DNA from: an uncultured Acidimicrobiales bacterium
GTDB lineage: Bacteria > Actinomycetota > Acidimicrobiia > Acidimicrobiales > UBA10347
NCBI GenBank assembly: GCA_943788915.1
Contig: CALSSD010000012.1
Coordinates: 62,001-126,000 of the forward strand
DNA: 64,000 bases
Direction of reading: 5' to 3'
Shown here one piece after another: positions 59,131 to 64,000 of the stretch (the stretch's first letter is position 1; every line of letters begins with the position of its first letter). A program made the translations under genes and the position numbers. The notes under the pieces are model-generated. The model was not told the origin of the DNA. It was given only the letters and a program-made list of their open reading frames with translations, and made no database searches.

Positions 59131-60102
59131 TTATCCTGGCTCGACCTCCAGCCGCAGCGGGCGGCCAGCGAGGTAGTCGTCGAGCTGTTCGATAAACAGC
59201 TGGTCATTGCGGGCCAAGAAACCCGCGCCAGCGCCCGCGATATGGCTGGTTACCGTGACGTTTTCGTGCGTCCAGAACGGGCTGTTCGCAGGCAGTGGCT
59301 CGGGGTCGAAGACGTCGAGAATGGCCGACCCAATAGTGCCGTGGTCGAGCGCACCAAGGAGCGCCTCGTCGTTGACCACACCACCGCGGGCCACGTTGAC
59401 CAACACGGCATCGGGACGCATGGCCGCCAGGAAGTCAGCGTCGACGAGGCCACGAGTCTGTTCGGTAAGTGGGCACGCAAGGATGACGACATCGGCAAGG
59501 GCGAGCTCGGTAGCGAGTTCGTCCATCGTGGCCATCTTGTCGGCTGCTGGATCGTGTACGGCAGTGCGTCGGATACCGACGATTTCGACGCCGAACGGCC
59601 GGGCTCGTTGTGCGATCTCGTGGCCGATCGAGCCGAACCCGACGATGACCCAACGCTGGCCTCCAATCTCTGGCCATGGCGCTTGCTCCCAGTGTCGGTC
59701 ACGTTGATGCTCGAGTCGTTTGGCAATGCCATGGCGGTGTGCCAGAAGAGCCGACATTACATACTCAGCCACGCCGATGTTTGGGGCATCAGAATTGCTG
59801 AACCGAATCCCTGCATCGATCACCTGTTGAAACGGAGGAGCGTCGATCCCGGCAAGGGGTGCCTGGACCCAACTGACCGATCCGAAGTCCACGATGGCCT
59901 GCGCAACGGTCATCATTTCGCCAGTGAAGAACGCGTCGATACTCATCCATGCCGCACCGGGTGCAGCGTCATCAACCGGTTGTCCGTCCTTGTCGACGAT
60001 CCCATCGGTTGACCACAGCAGCGGTTCGATCTGATGAGGTAGGGATGCGAGACGGTCGGCGACTCGTTCATAGGCGGGAGCCGGAAGCAGAACCTGCGTC
60101 AT
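59131..60102 (-). CDS. D-2-hydroxyacid dehydrogenase (GhrA-like)
   Basis: GFGSIG, PLT..T, NVARG and LDVF..EPLP motifs; ATGA overlap with the amidase stop. Confidence 0.9.
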   Translation of the reverse strand: MTQVLLPAPAYERVADRLASLPHQIEPLLWSTDGIVDKDGQPVDDAAPGAAWMSIDAFFTGEMMTVAQAIVDFGSVSWVQAPLAGIDAPPFQQVIDAGIRFSNSDAPNIGVAEYVMSALLAHRHGIAKRLEHQRDRHWEQAPWPEIGGQRWVIVGFGSIGHEIAQRARPFGVEIVGIRRTAVHDPAADKMATMDELATELALADVVILACPLTEQTRGLVDADFLAAMRPDAVLVNVARGGVVNDEALLGALDHGTIGSAILDVFDPEPLPANSPFWTHENVTVTSHIAGAGAGFLARNDQLFIEQLDDYLAGRPLRLEVEPG

Positions 60103-61508
60103 GAACGATCCCACAGGCGGTGAGCCAGCACGCCGTTTCGATCCTCGATGGCTTCCATAGCGTCGCAGATGAGGTCTTCGCGGTAGCGACGACCCACGAG
60201 CTGCACTGCCGCTGGCCTGTCCGCGACGAGGTCCATGCCGATGACACCTGCCGGGAGTCCGAGATAATTGATGCCGGTCGAATAGATCGCAGAGTCAAAC
60301 AGGTCTTTGACCTGGTCGAAGCCGCGGCTGTCGTAGTCCCAGTCAAAGTTCGGCCGCATCAGGAACGGGGTGAGGACGAGTGGGTAGTCGTGCAGAAACA
60401 GGCTCCATTGGCGAGCCAACCGGGTGCGGTCGCCGAAGGCCTGAATGTAACCATCGCGGTCCAGGATCTCTGAGAGCTCGTAGTACCAGTCGAAGATCTG
60501 ATTGATCGTGTCGCTGCCGTGCTCTCGAAGAGCCGGGTCGAGCGTGGCTTCCATTTCGGTTGTTCCGGCGCGGAACCATTCGCGTGCCGATTCGATGATC
60601 GGGGGCGGCTCAACCTCGACGACGGTGTAACCAGCGTCGCGCAGCTGATCGGCCGCTCGTTGCACCAGCGCAACAATGTCGGGATGAATGTCGTAGCCAG
60701 CTGATTCGGTAGTCATCGCAACGGTGGGTAGGCCGCCGATATCGGGACCGTTCCACGGGATAGGCGGTGACAACGGGTCACGAGGATCTGGTTGGATCAT
60801 CACGCTGGTTGCAAGCCTGACGTCGGCGGCGTGGCGAGCGATGATGCCTTGGACGGACATGGCCTGGGACAGCGGGCCTCGTTCGGCAGTCGCCGAGGAG
60901 TTGAACACCGGTACCCGCATGCTTGTTGGTTTCACCGTTGTCACGCCATTGGCAAACGCAGGGAATCGGAGCGAGCCACCGATGTCATTGCCGTGATGTA
61001 GTGGTGCCATGCCGGCTGCGCACGCTGAGCCAGCGCCGCCGGATGAACCGCCGGGCGAGGCCAGATCTTCCCACGGGTTGAAGGTGCGGCCGCGCAGCGG
61101 GTTGTCGGTGGTGGCGCGCATCGAGAACTCGGGTGTGTTCGTGCGTCCGATAACGATGGCACCTGCGTTGCGCAAGTTGCGAACAAGTGGCGCATCCTCG
61201 GTTGCCATCAGATTGGCGAAGGCGGGCACACCATTCGTGTTCGGGAGCCCCGCCATATCGACGTTCTCCTTGATCGTGATCGGCACTCCGTGCAACGGCC
61301 CAAGTTCATTGCCAGCGGCAACCTGATCATCAGCGATTGCAGCTTCGCTGATTGCCCGCTCGTACAACGGCAGCGTGATCGCGTTGAGATGCGTGTTCGT
61401 CGCCTCGGCCCGGTTGATGGCAGACGCGATTGCCTCGCTCGGTTTGAGTTGCTTGTTGTGCACCTGAGCGGTGATTTCAGCAGCACTCATCTTCCAGAGT
61501 TCGGTCAT
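60099..61508 (-). CDS. amidase signature family enzyme
   Basis: GPLHGVPITIKEN, PGGSSGG and GNDIGGSLRFPA (Lys-Ser-Ser triad). Confidence 0.93.
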   Translation of the reverse strand: MTELWKMSAAEITAQVHNKQLKPSEAIASAINRAEATNTHLNAITLPLYERAISEAAIADDQVAAGNELGPLHGVPITIKENVDMAGLPNTNGVPAFANLMATEDAPLVRNLRNAGAIVIGRTNTPEFSMRATTDNPLRGRTFNPWEDLASPGGSSGGAGSACAAGMAPLHHGNDIGGSLRFPAFANGVTTVKPTSMRVPVFNSSATAERGPLSQAMSVQGIIARHAADVRLATSVMIQPDPRDPLSPPIPWNGPDIGGLPTVAMTTESAGYDIHPDIVALVQRAADQLRDAGYTVVEVEPPPIIESAREWFRAGTTEMEATLDPALREHGSDTINQIFDWYYELSEILDRDGYIQAFGDRTRLARQWSLFLHDYPLVLTPFLMRPNFDWDYDSRGFDQVKDLFDSAIYSTGINYLGLPAGVIGMDLVADRPAAVQLVGRRYREDLICDAMEAIEDRNGVLAHRLWDRS

Positions 61509-61772
61509 GGATAGCCCTTCAGGTCGGTGCACTGACAGTAACTGGGTGTCGTAACGAGATAGAAGTTGGTACGGCCGCGGGGGAGCGACGGTTCCGTACT
61601 CGGTAGCAGCGGCGCCTCCGGTGTGAACGCAAGAGGGAGCGTGACCAGGCCATCCAGCAGGTGTGCGTCGGTTCGGGTAGAAGCGAGGCCGGAGGCAGCC
61701 TCCGGCATGAGCGGGCGGCGTGTTCGCAGCTGACCTTGGGTCGTACGCCACGAGTTGTGTCACTATCGATAG

Positions 61773-63404
61773 ATGAGGAATGGGTTACCGGAACCGGAGT
61801 TCGATGCCGTCATTGTTGGGGCCGGGTTCGCTGGCCTCTACATGTTGCACAGTCTGCGAGAAGCGGGCCTTTCGGCGGTCGTGTACGACGCTGCTCCTGA
61901 GGTAGGGGGTACCTGGTACTGGAATCGATATCCGGGTTGTCGCTGCGATATCGAGAGCATGCAGTATTCGTTCCAATTCGATGATGACCTCCAACAGGAC
62001 TGGACTTGGTCAGAGCGCTACGCCAGCCAGCCTGAACTGCTGGCGTATATCAAACATGTTGCGGAGCGCTTCGATCTACGCCGAGACATCAGTCTGGAAA
62101 CGCGGGTAGCGGCCGCCGAGTTCGATCAGTCGAACGACTACTGGACGGTCGCCACCCAGGGCGCAGGTGCTGCGGCCGATGGGGCGACCACGATGGTGAC
62201 CGCGAGGCACCTGATCCTTGGTGTTGGTTGTCTGTCAACCATCGAGATGCCCACGTTCGCAGATAGCCATCTCTTCGAAGGCGAATTGATCCATACCGGC
62301 CGATGGCCCCAAGGCGATGTTGACCTTGCTGGCAAACGGGTTGGTGTGATCGGGACCGGGTCATCAGGTATCCAATCGATCCCTTTGATCGCTGAACAGG
62401 CTGACCAGTTGTTCGTCTTCCAACGAACGCCAAACTATGTGGTGCCAGCTCAGAACCGACCGCTTGCGTCGCATGAGGTGGCGCAGATTAAGTCGTCGTA
62501 CGGCGAGCTACGGGCAACGGCATGGAAGAGCCTCAGCGCTTTCGAGTTCGAGCGGAACACCGGCTCGGTCTTCGATATGGACGATGTCGATCGTGCTGCA
62601 CAGTTTGAGAAGTATTGGGATATCGGCGGGTTGCCCTTTCTTGGATCGTTCGGCGACTTGCTCACGAACAAGGCTGCAAACGAGGCAGTGATTGAATGGT
62701 GGAAGGGCAAGGTCCGGCAGATTGTTGATGACCCTCGGGTTGCTGAGTTGCTGATTCCGAACGGCGATGTCTTTGGGGGCAAGCGGCTTTGCGCTGGCAC
62801 CAACTACTTCGAAACCTACAACCGCAGCAACGTCAGCCTGGTCGATGTGAGTGAGTCCGGTATCGAACGGTTCACTCCCACGGGTTTGGTCGCAGCCGGT
62901 ACCGACTACGACCTCGATGTGATCGTGTGTGCCACTGGTTTCGATGCGATGACGGGAAGTGTCGTGCGGATCGACATCACCGGGCTTGGCGGACAGACCA
63001 TCGCTGAGAAGTGGGCGGACGGTCCCCACACCTATCTCGGTCTGGGGATTGCAGGATTCCCCAACCTGTTCAATATGCAGGGTCCGGGTAGCCCGTCGGT
63101 CTTCGCCACGATGGTCACGGGTATCGAACATCAAGGTGATTGGATCACCGACTGCATTCGGTCCATGAACACGAACGGTCACACCCGAATCGAGGCCACG
63201 GCCGACTCCGAAGCTGCCTGGGTTGAACGAGTGGCACAGGTCGCCGAGCCGTCGCTTCGATCGAACTGCGATAGCTGGTACATCGGCAGCAACATCGCAG
63301 GTAAACCCCGGGTGTTCATGCCGTGGATTGGCGGCTTCCCCGCCTATGTCGAGGCATGCAGCCGGGTCGCAGAGAACGAGTACGAAGGTTTCGTCCTGTC
63401 CTAG
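61773..63404 (+). CDS. Baeyer-Villiger monooxygenase, cyclohexanone monooxygenase-like
   Basis: GAGFAG, GGTWYWNRYPG, FEGELIHTGRWP fingerprint, GTGSSG and SWY.G.N..GKP motifs. Confidence 0.94.
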   Translation: MRNGLPEPEFDAVIVGAGFAGLYMLHSLREAGLSAVVYDAAPEVGGTWYWNRYPGCRCDIESMQYSFQFDDDLQQDWTWSERYASQPELLAYIKHVAERFDLRRDISLETRVAAAEFDQSNDYWTVATQGAGAAADGATTMVTARHLILGVGCLSTIEMPTFADSHLFEGELIHTGRWPQGDVDLAGKRVGVIGTGSSGIQSIPLIAEQADQLFVFQRTPNYVVPAQNRPLASHEVAQIKSSYGELRATAWKSLSAFEFERNTGSVFDMDDVDRAAQFEKYWDIGGLPFLGSFGDLLTNKAANEAVIEWWKGKVRQIVDDPRVAELLIPNGDVFGGKRLCAGTNYFETYNRSNVSLVDVSESGIERFTPTGLVAAGTDYDLDVIVCATGFDAMTGSVVRIDITGLGGQTIAEKWADGPHTYLGLGIAGFPNLFNMQGPGSPSVFATMVTGIEHQGDWITDCIRSMNTNGHTRIEATADSEAAWVERVAQVAEPSLRSNCDSWYIGSNIAGKPRVFMPWIGGFPAYVEACSRVAENEYEGFVLS

Positions 63405-63466
63405 CTGAGCTGCCGGTCCGGCGGGCGACACCACAAGAGATCTGAAGCAAAAAACAGAGGGATGAG

Positions 63467-63868
63467 ATGGATCAGGAACGATTTGACTTGGGCAAGTCGG
63501 CGCGAGGTCGAGTGCTGGGCGAAGAGTATGTGACCGGTGCGTTAACCGGCGCAGACGCCTTCAACCGTGACTTCCAGGAGATGGTCACCGAGTATTGCTG
63601 GGGCGAAATTTGGGGCCGCACCGTGCTCAGCGACAAACAGCGAAGCCTGAACAACCTGTGCATCTTGGCTGCGCTGAACCGGCCCAAAGAGTTCAAGCTG
63701 CACTTCAAAGGCGCCCTTGGGAATGGCGCAACCCTTGATGAGTTGCGCGACACATTGCTGCAGATCGCTGTCTACGCCGGCATCCCGGCTGGCGTCGAAG
63801 CATTTCGGCTGGGACGCGAGGTACTCGAAGCCGAGGGGATCGTGCCGGATCCAGCGCCGCCGTCGTAA
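63467..63868 (+). CDS. carboxymuconolactone decarboxylase family protein
   Basis: TEYCWG..W.R..L..K.RS and YAG.PA motifs. Confidence 0.9.
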   Translation: MDQERFDLGKSARGRVLGEEYVTGALTGADAFNRDFQEMVTEYCWGEIWGRTVLSDKQRSLNNLCILAALNRPKEFKLHFKGALGNGATLDELRDTLLQIAVYAGIPAGVEAFRLGREVLEAEGIVPDPAPPS

Positions 63869-64000
63869 CAGCCGCTAACAGGGATCGTGGTAGCCGCCGC
63901 GCTCACGAGAAGCCGCTGGTCAGGCGACGGTGTCTGCTGTTTCGGTCGCCTCAGTTGCGGTTTCAACGTGACCACGGTGGATCATTCCTGCCAGCGGGAT

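Noticed and set aside
59242..60012. Long antisense or alternate-frame ORFs over real genes (many such in the track)
   Set aside because: Expected shadow ORFs in high-GC DNA, with no motifs.

Overview
GC-rich bacterial DNA, most likely from an actinobacterium of the Acidimicrobiia type. This is inferred from the gene families, F420/LLM enzymes, leaderless starts and a 6C-like RNA. The left ~3.3 kb looks like a decayed island on the 3' side of a tRNA-Val(TAC): a tyrosine-integrase tail, an SDR, a broken DUF6966-like gene and an ECF-sigma-like fragment. A cell-envelope block follows, with a 6C-like double-hairpin RNA, a class A PBP carrying a Cys-bracketed DxNxDG repeat tail, a zinc-ribbon protein, a histidine phosphatase and two related coiled-coil proteins. 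The remaining ~46 kb is a catabolic/accessory region. It holds a fused hydantoinase A-B with a divergent class III aminotransferase, four LLM oxidoreductases, Fe/2OG dioxygenases, a Pseudomonas-type phaC-phaZ pair with a TetR gene, two Baeyer-Villiger monooxygenases, an amidase, a D-aminoacylase, a CoA ligase and MFS transporters. About 12 single-base frameshifts without internal stops suggest long-read consensus errors. An uncalled 47-aa His/Cys-rich leaderless ORF and many short tandem duplications at gene junctions are also visible. No CRISPR array, rRNA or intact transposase was seen. All family assignments come from motif recognition by eye; no database search was run.
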